Shown here one piece after another: positions 34,437 through 43,592 of a stretch of 64,000 nt of DNA. A program made the position numbers and the translations under genes. Below the pieces are notes generated by a model. It was not told the origin of the DNA. It saw only the letters and a program-made list of their open reading frames with translations, and searched no databases. The DNA is from a virus (taxonomy: Duplodnaviria; Caudoviricetes): IMG/VR virus record IMGVR_UViG_3300006903_000002, positions 1,494-65,493 of that record. One strand, given 5' to 3'. Numbering within the stretch: the stretch's first letter is position 1; every line of letters begins with the position of its first letter.

Positions 34437-36259
34437 TATTGTATTCCTAACGCTTGAAGCAATGCTTTCTTCTTTGTTTCAGGGTCCTCAATGTTGAGAG
34501 TGGCGTTAAGTGCGCGGCCTGCGCCTGCCAGCGGTCGCCCCATCGTATATAGACTTCCGCCCATGATGCGCTCCCCAAGAGGGGTAGTCAACAACCTCGT
34601 CAATCCGTAAATGCCTGCGGCAAGATATGGACTGTGCGTGGCGTATAGGGCTGCACCTGCGGGAGCGGCTTTCATCAACTGATTGCCGATGGCATTCCTG
34701 AAGGGTGCGGACTGACGATTTGACATGATTTGCGCGGCAATCTCAGGGCTAATTCCAAGTTGTTGCCACTGCTCTGGACTCATATTCGTTGGATTGATAC
34801 CACGCTGGAGTCCCACGTCCCCCTGAATCTTCCTATTCAAGTCCGCAAGACCGGGAATTCTATCTTCGAGCGCGCGCTGCGCACCCCGCGCGACTGCCTC
34901 AACACCCCTTGCATTCACGGCAGGCACTTGGCCCGCCTGCTCCGCGCGGAAGGCGCGATTTGCCCTCGTTTGCGTCCCTGTCTTCAAATCGCTTGCTTCT
35001 TGGATTGTGAGAGGGTTCTCAACGACAATTCTTGGTGTCTGCACACCCTGCGTAATGGGGAGTCCATTGTTTCCAACTATGTTAGGGCCAACTTGTTGTT
35101 GCACTGTGCCTGCTGGAGTTACGTTAGAATGTTCTTCAATGAATTGTCGGATGAAGTCTTGGATGGAGCCACTTTCAGCCTGCGGGTGTGGAGCACCTTC
35201 TTGTGCTTCTTGAAGAATCTGTGGGCTACCCTTTCGAGCGATTTCACTCGGCAGGATGCCCCCTTTGCCTTGCGCCTGCGCATCTGCATACATCTTATCG
35301 CGTGCTGAAAGATTCCTATCCGCCACACGCCTCTGGCCGCTGGCAGTGAAGACGGGGAGAGAGCCTCTTCCTCCCTCCAACCCTTGCTGAAGACTCTGTT
35401 TGATGTCTTTCGTCTTAGTTAGGGAGTTGAGTCCTGCGCCTGCACTGTAGATTGCTGCTCCGGGGCGCTTAAACATCTGACCGGCAGTTTGTCCTCCTGC
35501 CTCCCACAACCCCTGCAAACCGGCCTCCCGCAACATTTCGAGAGGGTCAATCTCTTTCTTGTTAACTGCTTGTTTTGCAATGTCTCCCGTCAATCCTCCT
35601 AGGCCCGCCGCTCCGATAAGCGCGTTGATGGCTGTCCCGATTGGCAATCCGCCCGTGAAGCGGCTCATGAGTGTGCTGCCTGCTATGCCTCCCATTGTAG
35701 GCCAATTCTCGGGGTTCTTTGCAGCACCTACAAGTTGTGAAGCGAATCCTTTTGTATTTTGTGGAAGGTTTTTCACGCTCCCCGCTACGTTAGAGGCTAA
35801 TTCCTGTGCGCTCATAGCAGGACCTTCGATGGGTTCGTTGCTTGTTCCCATCTCTGCCGTCTGTGGGCCTAAAATACTATTTACATACTTCATAGTTTCG
35901 AGAGGCAGTCTGCCGCTTTGGACGGCACCTTCTCCCGCATTGTAGGCTGCGAGGGTCTTTCGCATGTCTCCTTTATACAGTCCACGAAGGTATTGGAGGT
36001 GCCTCATGCCTGCTTCAATGTTCTGCGCCGGGTCGCTTGGGTCAAGGCCATATTGTCTCGCGGTTGCGGGCATCAATTGCATCAAGCCGGTTGCGCCCTT
36101 TGGACTCACTGCGTCGGGATTTGCATTGCTCTCAAGATGCAACATCTTTAGCGCGATTTGTGGGTCAATGCCGAATTGAATTGCTGCTTCAGACACACTC
36201 TTCTTGTAGTCGGGCACTCCATTGTCGTTTAGAATGATATCTACTTTGCTTTGAGGCAT
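34436..36259 (-). CDS. internal virion/ejection protein with N-terminal lytic transglycosylase (SLT) domain
   Basis: ESNANPDAVSPKGATGLMQLMPATA, NIEAG, LAAYNAGEG, ET..YV. Confidence 0.88.
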   Translation of the reverse strand: MPQSKVDIILNDNGVPDYKKSVSEAAIQFGIDPQIALKMLHLESNANPDAVSPKGATGLMQLMPATARQYGLDPSDPAQNIEAGMRHLQYLRGLYKGDMRKTLAAYNAGEGAVQSGRLPLETMKYVNSILGPQTAEMGTSNEPIEGPAMSAQELASNVAGSVKNLPQNTKGFASQLVGAAKNPENWPTMGGIAGSTLMSRFTGGLPIGTAINALIGAAGLGGLTGDIAKQAVNKKEIDPLEMLREAGLQGLWEAGGQTAGQMFKRPGAAIYSAGAGLNSLTKTKDIKQSLQQGLEGGRGSLPVFTASGQRRVADRNLSARDKMYADAQAQGKGGILPSEIARKGSPQILQEAQEGAPHPQAESGSIQDFIRQFIEEHSNVTPAGTVQQQVGPNIVGNNGLPITQGVQTPRIVVENPLTIQEASDLKTGTQTRANRAFRAEQAGQVPAVNARGVEAVARGAQRALEDRIPGLADLNRKIQGDVGLQRGINPTNMSPEQWQQLGISPEIAAQIMSNRQSAPFRNAIGNQLMKAAPAGAALYATHSPYLAAGIYGLTRLLTTPLGERIMGGSLYTMGRPLAGAGRALNATLNIEDPETKKKALLQALGIQ

Positions 36260-36260
36260 C

Positions 36261-37433
36261 TTACGGCTTCCTCTGACCAGTTACCTTATATATGATGTTT
36301 GCCCACTCCTGTGCACACTGCCGCGTCCTATCGTCCATCGTGATGCTACTCATTCCACTCTCATTATGGAAGTACGCACCGTCCCACTCAAACGCATAAT
36401 GTCCTGCAAGTCGTCGTGCGAGTTGTGGGTCGTTAGAACGTCTTCCATCCTGCGAATAGGACGCGAAGCCGATTCCCTCATCCATTATGAGTGGCCCCCT
36501 CAGCCCGTAGGAGTTGTAGAGATATGTTGAAGATGCAACCGAGTCGTCCATCATCTTCGGCATATCTCTACGAGGATGAAATAGATTGAATCGACCTTCA
36601 GGCAGGAAACAAGCCTTATCCCCTGTTGCACTGCCTCTCGACCATAGGATGCCGTTTTGTGGGTCAGCAAACTCGCCGGGATTGAAGCCATTCTTGTCCC
36701 ACTCATTCCCGCAAGACACAAGCACTACTTTTCCGCGTAGGATTTCGTTTACACGGTTCCATCTTACAATTCTGTCGTTCACGTTTGGAAGGAGTGTTTG
36801 ACAATCCGCAAACACCTCCACTTGCGGGATGAAGCCTCTCTCATTTAGGAAGTCCACGAACGGACCCAACTGCGAAAGGTCGTCGTCTTGCGGATGCACC
36901 GTCCATTCGGCCATCAAAAACACTCTCCACACGTTGAAACCGATTTCGAGCGACTCTCTCAATAATGGGGTTAAATCCTCTCCATTGCGGAATCTCTCAT
37001 ACGAACGCATTTGGTCGGTGCCTACAAGAACAACTTGTCCACTTCCATCATAGAAGTGTCTCCCTTCAATCCTCAACTGTAGTCCGCTGTCGAGTGTGAC
37101 GATTGTGAACCGCGCCTGCAAGTCGCTCCACGCAAACGACTCCCACGCATCATGAGGAAGAGATATAACATCGTCTGCTACAGTGCGCAAGTCCATCCGA
37201 TTTGTTTGTGAATCACTTCTCCTACAACGATTGCAAAGAAGCTCTCCTTGCGGCATGCGGGATATGAAACGTCTATTCATGGTTTCGAGTGCAACGAACC
37301 CATCTCCGAGTTGCCACACCGTCAACGTCTCCCATGGACCAATAGCATCCCTATTGATGTTCACTACTCCCGCATCATTCCCCCCACCTTCCGCGCAGAG
37401 GTATTTATTGTTCTGTTTGAGTGCTATCTTCAT
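36261..37433 (-). CDS. fascin-like beta-trefoil plus TIM-barrel glycoside hydrolase-like protein
   Basis: YLCAEGGG...NRDAIGPWETL; GFNVWRVF, CGNEW and IMDEG resemble the clan GH-A NE and E catalytic positions. Confidence 0.6.
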   Translation of the reverse strand: MKIALKQNNKYLCAEGGGNDAGVVNINRDAIGPWETLTVWQLGDGFVALETMNRRFISRMPQGELLCNRCRRSDSQTNRMDLRTVADDVISLPHDAWESFAWSDLQARFTIVTLDSGLQLRIEGRHFYDGSGQVVLVGTDQMRSYERFRNGEDLTPLLRESLEIGFNVWRVFLMAEWTVHPQDDDLSQLGPFVDFLNERGFIPQVEVFADCQTLLPNVNDRIVRWNRVNEILRGKVVLVSCGNEWDKNGFNPGEFADPQNGILWSRGSATGDKACFLPEGRFNLFHPRRDMPKMMDDSVASSTYLYNSYGLRGPLIMDEGIGFASYSQDGRRSNDPQLARRLAGHYAFEWDGAYFHNESGMSSITMDDRTRQCAQEWANIIYKVTGQRKP

Positions 37434-38947
37434 TATTGTGGTTGTTGAAGTTGTTGAGGAAGCACATACGGCTCAACCATTGGTTGTGAAGCCATCTTGA
37501 TGGCTTCAGGCAAAATCGTGTCCCGTAGGGTGCGAAGTCTGCTATATGTGTTGAGTGGAGATTGTCCTTGTCCCCAATTTGGCTGATGCTCGTTAAACTT
37601 CCCAAGAAGGTATTGGTAGCCTCGAACCCCCGGCATGATGGCTGCCATTCCCTCAAGGTTGGCGAAAGAGCTTGCTTGTGGGATGACGTGATATGGAGAG
37701 CCGAGAGTTGAATACACCGCACGGTCCTTAACAGCCTTCGCCATGTCCGCCGCTCCCGAATACTTCAACCCTTTCCCCATGATTTGTTGAAGGGTTGAGG
37801 GAATTGCTTCCGGCTTCCCAATCATCGCTTCCTGCTTGTTGTATTCCTGCTCAATGCCCGGATACAATTGCTCCATCGCAATGATGGCCTTATCGTAGCC
37901 TGCCTTCGCAAGGGCACCCTGCTCAGCAGCGCGTTGTTGCATCTGACCGGGAGTCACGCCCCGCGCTTCCATCTGCCCAATTGTGCTTGATTTTGCCTGT
38001 TCATATTTGTCTTGTGGAGCACTGCCGGGTGGCGGCATCACATCACTCGCCTTTACACCCCCGCCAAGCAACTGGCCAATCATGTCAATGGCTGTTGCGC
38101 CCCCAAAACGTTGCAATACGTTTGGGTCGCTCAAATTACCAGACTGTGCAGGAGTTGGAGATGGGATTTTGTTCATCGACAACGGACTTGCTGCACCTGT
38201 TGCTACTAAATTGAATTGTCCGCTTGGCCCTTTCTTCCACACAGCCGGACCATTTGGGGTTTGATAAGTTGCCCCTTCCTGACGTTGTGCAAGAGGAGGC
38301 AAAGGCACAGCAGAAGGTGAACCACCCGTAGGCGCTCCTTGTGTGGGTGGTTGTGAGATTTGGCTGAGGAACTTTTGCAGGAATCCCGGCTCACTCAACA
38401 GCCTGTTTCTAATGTTCGCTGTTGTGAGTCCTGCTTGCTCAGTAGCAAGCTTCAATTGACGGTCGGGGTTGATTGGGATGCCTGTTTGCGGATATACTCC
38501 TGCCGCCTGCGCCATCTGCTCCGTCGAAGGCATAGAAAATGGCTTTGTAGCTGCCCCCTCAAGACCTTGCGGAAGCCCTTTTTGTCCTTGCATCTCCGCT
38601 ATCTTCGCACGAGGGGTTTGAATGTCGATTGCCTGCGGAGTAGGAATGTTAAGTTGTTTCGCAAGGGCTACTCCCTGTGGGACATTGGCCCAATCAGGGT
38701 TCAGCTTCGTCATCACATCAAATGCCTCTTGAAGCGGCTTCTGCTTCAATTCAGGCATCTCAATTCCCCACTTCTCAGCCGCACGCTTCTCCGCAGAACC
38801 ACGAAGTTCTATCTCTTGTTGCAGAAGTGCCATCTCAAGCGCCTGCTTCTGCTTCTCAAGCTGAAACTTCTGCTGCGCCTGCATATTTGGGACAATGCTG
38901 CTGAATGCCTGCCCGAGGCCGACGCCTGCTGCTGGACCAAACGCCAT
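37433..38947 (-). CDS. putative internal virion/ejection protein
   Basis: 504 aa, Q/A/G/P-rich, N-terminal Gly-rich helix; position in the block. Confidence 0.55.
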   Translation of the reverse strand: MAFGPAAGVGLGQAFSSIVPNMQAQQKFQLEKQKQALEMALLQQEIELRGSAEKRAAEKWGIEMPELKQKPLQEAFDVMTKLNPDWANVPQGVALAKQLNIPTPQAIDIQTPRAKIAEMQGQKGLPQGLEGAATKPFSMPSTEQMAQAAGVYPQTGIPINPDRQLKLATEQAGLTTANIRNRLLSEPGFLQKFLSQISQPPTQGAPTGGSPSAVPLPPLAQRQEGATYQTPNGPAVWKKGPSGQFNLVATGAASPLSMNKIPSPTPAQSGNLSDPNVLQRFGGATAIDMIGQLLGGGVKASDVMPPPGSAPQDKYEQAKSSTIGQMEARGVTPGQMQQRAAEQGALAKAGYDKAIIAMEQLYPGIEQEYNKQEAMIGKPEAIPSTLQQIMGKGLKYSGAADMAKAVKDRAVYSTLGSPYHVIPQASSFANLEGMAAIMPGVRGYQYLLGKFNEHQPNWGQGQSPLNTYSRLRTLRDTILPEAIKMASQPMVEPYVLPQQLQQPQ

Positions 38948-40068
38948 TATTCAAGACCTTCCTTCTCAACTGCCAACAGTACTCCCATCACATCAACGAG
39001 TGCAAGGGTCTTCCCATCCCCAACTCCGAAGATACGTTGAAAGTCCTCTGCCATAGGACCAATGTGGCGCACCGAATCACCCTTGTAGTTCCACTCATAC
39101 AACGGCAGAGACTTCAACTTCTGTGTCATCGGTTTGAGTGGAGTGATGTTCTCCTTTATCTGTTTGCTGCTTGCCGCCATCGCAATGTATGGTGCGGCTG
39201 TTCCAATCGCTGCAAGGACTGCTCCCCACTTGCTTCCCGAATTACCTTTCTGACTTTGTTTTAGGGCCATTTGAAGGGCCGCGTTTGCAGTATTCTCATA
39301 CTGCGCCCGCCTTTGTTGTGCCGCTGGCATATTACTGCTGTAAAGGTCCTTCATGGCATTCAAGGCATTTGTGCGCTGTTCCTCCGGTTGACCTTCATAC
39401 AATTTGTTCATGTCGAATGGTTGTGTCCAAGGGTCAACGTTGATGTTGCGCGCTTGTTGTGTCTTCTGTGCTTCGATGATGGCGTTTGGACTGTAGAATT
39501 GATTCGCAGCCGCTTTGATGCCACTCAAGTCGATGCCTCCTCCTGCTGACGGCCTTCCCATGTAGGGGGCTACTTCTGAAGGGGGAGTGATTTGTCCCAT
39601 TTCGTTTGAGTTGCCCGCCACACCATTTGCAAGTGCTCGCGCGAGGGCCATTTTCGCATACGGAATAATGTCGCTGCCGGGAGGGTTGGCGTTCAAAACT
39701 GCCTGCGCACCTTGTTGTGCTAAACCCTCTTGACTTTGTTGATTGCCCGCAACGTTTGCACTCCCCTGAAGCCCCTGTTGATTCTGGAGGAGTTGTGTTT
39801 GTCCTTGGCCTTGAAGGTATTGCCCTAACCCCGTAAGTCCTGCGCCAATGGCATTACCATAAAGCTGTCCCTTTGAGGAATTGCTTAAATCCTGTATCTG
39901 TGGGTTGATTCCAAGTCCGTAATTGAATGGATTTTGAGTCTCATATGGGGATGGACGAGGAGTCAATTGTCCCAAATCCCTAGAAGAGGCTGCTCCATTC
40001 GGGTTATAGGGGGACGACATTCGTGGTGCGAATGGATTGTTCTGTGGGTCGAAAGGATTTCCTGCCAT
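38947..40068 (-). CDS. virion protein with C-terminal peptidase S74 intramolecular chaperone
   Basis: SSKQIKENI...LYEWNYK...HIGPMAEDF. Confidence 0.8.
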   Translation of the reverse strand: MAGNPFDPQNNPFAPRMSSPYNPNGAASSRDLGQLTPRPSPYETQNPFNYGLGINPQIQDLSNSSKGQLYGNAIGAGLTGLGQYLQGQGQTQLLQNQQGLQGSANVAGNQQSQEGLAQQGAQAVLNANPPGSDIIPYAKMALARALANGVAGNSNEMGQITPPSEVAPYMGRPSAGGGIDLSGIKAAANQFYSPNAIIEAQKTQQARNINVDPWTQPFDMNKLYEGQPEEQRTNALNAMKDLYSSNMPAAQQRRAQYENTANAALQMALKQSQKGNSGSKWGAVLAAIGTAAPYIAMAASSKQIKENITPLKPMTQKLKSLPLYEWNYKGDSVRHIGPMAEDFQRIFGVGDGKTLALVDVMGVLLAVEKEGLE

Positions 40069-40069
40069 A

Positions 40070-41356
40070 TTACATTCCTAGCGCGCGGAGTAATGCATTC
40101 ATTTGTGTGTTGCTTTGGTTTGCGTTCAAGTTTGCGTAATTGAATCCGAGGTTGTTGAGGAATTGATTCTGATTCTGACCAAGTTGATTGTAGTTGAATC
40201 CGAGGTTGGCGCTCTCAAGTGCACGTTGGAGTGCGAATTGGGTCGCAGCATTTTGTGATTGCACGCCTGCTTGATTCAACCCCTCCTGCGCCATTTCAGT
40301 CCCAAACCCAGTCCTATACTGTTCTAGCCCGCGCCCCAATTGCCCACTCATCACATTTTCACTCATCCCAAGAGCATTCAAGATATCTTGGTAATTAGTT
40401 CTAGCCGCTGCTACGTCAATGTCTCTATAACCACCCAACAGGTTTTGCTGCGTCTGATTCCCTATGTTCTGAATGTTTGCCATCTCCCCACCGGAACCAA
40501 GCATATTTTGGTTCGCTGCAAGTTGATGAATATTCTGCTGTTGCCCTTTTTGCATCGTAAGAGCTTGGTCATGGAGTTGACCTTGCATCTGTGCGATGAC
40601 TTCGGGACTTAGACTACCGGATTGAAGTGCCTTCTGTAGGGCCGCATTTTGTGTGCCCTCCAACTGTGAGAAGTCCCTCGGCTGGTATCTTGTGAGTGTT
40701 CCCGGCTTATATGTAGCGAAGTCTGTGGTTGGAAGGTTGAAAGGTAATTGCGCGGGTCCATACAAATTAGAATTGAATTGGAATCCACCACCAAATTGTG
40801 TTTGTGGGGCTGAGTCGTTGCCTCCCTGATACCAAAAAGCTGTATTGGGTGAGTCCTCCGCACCGAGGACCTTGAACTTACTTCCATTTAAGCTTAGTTC
40901 GTTGTTGGACGGCGTATTTCCATACATATAACGTCCAACATCATAGCCGCCTGATTTGAGTGCGTCTGCAAGCGGACCAATCCCTTCACTTGCAGGGTGG
41001 GTTTGCTGCCAGTTGCGAATGAATTCCCTTGGGTCGCCCGGAGATGTGTGTTTGATAACATCTCCACTCAAGTCAGCCCCCTCCATTGGAGGTTGATTCA
41101 GTTGTCGCCTAAATGCCGGGTCGAGCGGTGGAAAAGTTGGAGGGGTTGTTTCGGGAGGACGATAACCCCCTCCACCAACATTCCTTACGCCGCCGCCCTC
41201 ATTTTGTGGTCCGCCTTGGTTGTCAGGAGGTTGGAAGGGGTCCCCTCCTTGTGGTCCCCCCTCACGTTCCGGGGATGCCGCTCTTGGTGCCCTCACCCTC
41301 GGCACACCAACATTCTGCTCGTCAGAGGGTTGACCAAATTTATCGAATGCAGCCAT
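40070..41356 (-). CDS. putative internal virion/ejection protein
   Basis: Gln/Asn/Gly-rich; LGFNY.QL repeats at the C-terminus. Confidence 0.55.
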   Translation of the reverse strand: MAAFDKFGQPSDEQNVGVPRVRAPRAASPEREGGPQGGDPFQPPDNQGGPQNEGGGVRNVGGGGYRPPETTPPTFPPLDPAFRRQLNQPPMEGADLSGDVIKHTSPGDPREFIRNWQQTHPASEGIGPLADALKSGGYDVGRYMYGNTPSNNELSLNGSKFKVLGAEDSPNTAFWYQGGNDSAPQTQFGGGFQFNSNLYGPAQLPFNLPTTDFATYKPGTLTRYQPRDFSQLEGTQNAALQKALQSGSLSPEVIAQMQGQLHDQALTMQKGQQQNIHQLAANQNMLGSGGEMANIQNIGNQTQQNLLGGYRDIDVAAARTNYQDILNALGMSENVMSGQLGRGLEQYRTGFGTEMAQEGLNQAGVQSQNAATQFALQRALESANLGFNYNQLGQNQNQFLNNLGFNYANLNANQSNTQMNALLRALGM

Positions 41357-41635
41357 TTACGCTCCTGTCGGCAATTTCTCAATTTCTTTCTTAAACAACC
41401 GATATGCAAGCTCAACTGCGAGACGTGCAATACTTTCTGGCACACCCTTCGATACGAGCGCCTGAACTACATATTCTCTCTTCTGACTATTGTCAGTGAA
41501 TCTTGTAGCCGCAACTCTTACTAGCGCAAGGGCGGATTGCAATAATTCGTTCGTCAGCCCGCTTTCCTTCGCAGCGTTGAATGCCTGAGACAATAGATTC
41601 TTGAAAAAGTTTCCAATCTTACTGAAAATGCTCAT
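41357..41635 (-). CDS. small lysis-cluster protein (holin-like)
   Basis: Amphipathic N-terminus; KREYV...RLAVELA; next to endolysin. Confidence 0.45.
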   Translation of the reverse strand: MSIFSKIGNFFKNLLSQAFNAAKESGLTNELLQSALALVRVAATRFTDNSQKREYVVQALVSKGVPESIARLAVELAYRLFKKEIEKLPTGA

Positions 41636-42133
41636 TTAATTTACTCCTAAAAACGAAAAGATACGATTTAACCATCCAACTAAGAACACCAACTGACTCG
41701 GGTCCCTCTTGCAAATGCGTGCACACATGAGAATGCGGCTCTTGACGATAGCTGCATTCAAGGCGACTAGATTAGATGCTTCAACTGCTTGGATTGTTTT
41801 CGGGCCAATGATGCCATCCGCTTCAATATGAAGGATGTTTTGAAGGTTTTGGATGGCTAGTTGTGGGCCACTCATAACCCCAAAATCAATCATATTAGAT
41901 TGTAGCACGGAATTGGGAAGTTTGTCAAACCCCGGACCCTTCACATAACGTGCCTCATAGATGTCCTGCGCTTCACGAAGGGACAAATTGATGATGTCGT
42001 CATCTGTGACGGGCACATTCCTAAACCACGAAAGGGTGCCCTTTGTGATGCCATACTTTGTAATGCCTCCCTTGTCGGCAGGGTTGTTCACTAACCCACC
42101 TTCCCGACTAACGATATCGTCTATCTCACTCAT
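41636..42133 (-). CDS. endolysin, glycoside hydrolase family 108 with PG-binding domain
   Basis: EGGLVNNPADKGGITKYGIT, ADGIIGPKT, FLVGWLNR. Confidence 0.93.
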   Translation of the reverse strand: MSEIDDIVSREGGLVNNPADKGGITKYGITKGTLSWFRNVPVTDDDIINLSLREAQDIYEARYVKGPGFDKLPNSVLQSNMIDFGVMSGPQLAIQNLQNILHIEADGIIGPKTIQAVEASNLVALNAAIVKSRILMCARICKRDPSQLVFLVGWLNRIFSFLGVN

Positions 42134-42537
42134 TATTTTTCCGCAGTTAAATAGTTTGCATAGACGCTTAGGAAGTGACAAACAGCGGCAACAACCGCAG
42201 GAGCTTGGTCGGCAACCAAAAAGGGAATAGGACGTATTACACCATCAGCAAACGACCCACTAAACATTGCCATCAGCGCCCCAATCGCACTCACGGTTAG
42301 AAGGAGTTGTTGAGGAATCAATAGGATTGCTCCTACAATTCGCGGAGCGGCGAGAGCGACGACGGCGAGAAGAGCAGACAGCAGATATAATATGCCTACA
42401 ACCGGAGCACTCGACATATGCATTTGCGTCATCGCGTGGATGGCGGTGATGTTGAGAGGGGAATTGGATGAGAGCAGCATTATCCCCCAAACCCAATGTA
42501 AAATGATTGCATACCAAATCATCCATATACTACGCAT
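42133..42537 (-). CDS. multi-TM membrane protein (holin candidate)
   Basis: About four hydrophobic helices, directly upstream of endolysin. Confidence 0.55.
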   Translation of the reverse strand: MRSIWMIWYAIILHWVWGIMLLSSNSPLNITAIHAMTQMHMSSAPVVGILYLLSALLAVVALAAPRIVGAILLIPQQLLLTVSAIGALMAMFSGSFADGVIRPIPFLVADQAPAVVAAVCHFLSVYANYLTAEK

Positions 42538-42745
42538 GACTTCTCCCGTTCGCATCCAACTTATTCTCAATCCTCACAAGGCGGGCAGTTATTTCCTCAT
42601 GCCTCTCATCAAGATGCTTCTCCCTTTCTTCAGTGAGTTTTTCCTGTGCATTGACGCGACCTTCGATACGAACTGCCCACACCACTGCGCCAACAAACGT
42701 AACTCCCAACGTAAGAAGAAATCCCGGCTCTAACATCAATAACAT
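42530..42745 (-). CDS. single-TM coiled-coil lysis-cluster protein
   Basis: TM then VWAVRIEGRV...RIENKLD. Confidence 0.6.
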   Translation of the reverse strand: MLLMLEPGFLLTLGVTFVGAVVWAVRIEGRVNAQEKLTEEREKHLDERHEEITARLVRIENKLDANGRSHA

Positions 42746-42760
42746 TCCTCATCATTCATT

Positions 42761-43591
42761 TTAGTATCCTATGTGTTGTACGACGAATTCGGAAGCGGAG
42801 AACCTATTTGCTGTGCCTGCATTCAAATTGCCCCCTGAATCTTGATATGCGGCCAACTCAAAATAGTCTCCCGGCACGATGTTGAATGCGTCAGAGTAGA
42901 TTGCATAGTCCGCGAGGGCGGGGTTTGTCGTAGCGGTAAGCATAGCTTTCAACAAGGCTCCGTTCAAGTAAATGAACAATCCATATTGTGTGCCTGCTCC
43001 GCTTGCCTCAAACCGGGTTTTCCCATGAACGTGATATTGCCCTCCCCCGTCAGGTGGAACTGTTATGCGGGTTGGATTCACAACTGTGTCATGCATGTTG
43101 AAGGGGTCGTAATCTTCAGAGTTAAATGTCAAAAATTGCACTATTGAACCACTTACAATTGCTTGCGCGGCGTTGTTGAAGACGCTGCAAAACGGTTTTA
43201 TGCCCCAATTATTTCTCACAACAGGCAGCGTAATTGTGTCTCGCGGGATAGTCAGCAGCAGGATGCAACTAACACTCGGCACGCTGCACTTGAGAATCAC
43301 CTCTCCTGCTTGCCAAGGACGCTTAGTAGTGCTCACATCCTTATATATGATGGGCGCGTAGGAGGGAGTTAGTTTGCTGTAAAAACCAACCACCGCATAC
43401 TCTATATTTTCAGGGTCGCTCGGGCGCAGTTTGGTCGCAATACTCAACTCTTGGTGCGCGACAGATGGAAATGTCACATTCACATATTCATACGCATATG
43501 CGGGGGTGGAGTTTTTATGGTCGGTTTGAAGACGACTTAATCCAGCCGGAATGCCTTCAACTTGCTTGACTTCGCTTTGTGTTAAGGGCAT
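42761..43591 (-). CDS. tail fibre / receptor-binding-like protein with C1q/TNF-like C-terminal domain
   Basis: FNSEDYD..NMHD....TRITVP..G.Y...GDYFEL.AYQDSG. Confidence 0.65.
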   Translation of the reverse strand: MPLTQSEVKQVEGIPAGLSRLQTDHKNSTPAYAYEYVNVTFPSVAHQELSIATKLRPSDPENIEYAVVGFYSKLTPSYAPIIYKDVSTTKRPWQAGEVILKCSVPSVSCILLLTIPRDTITLPVVRNNWGIKPFCSVFNNAAQAIVSGSIVQFLTFNSEDYDPFNMHDTVVNPTRITVPPDGGGQYHVHGKTRFEASGAGTQYGLFIYLNGALLKAMLTATTNPALADYAIYSDAFNIVPGDYFELAAYQDSGGNLNAGTANRFSASEFVVQHIGY

Positions 43592-43592
43592 C

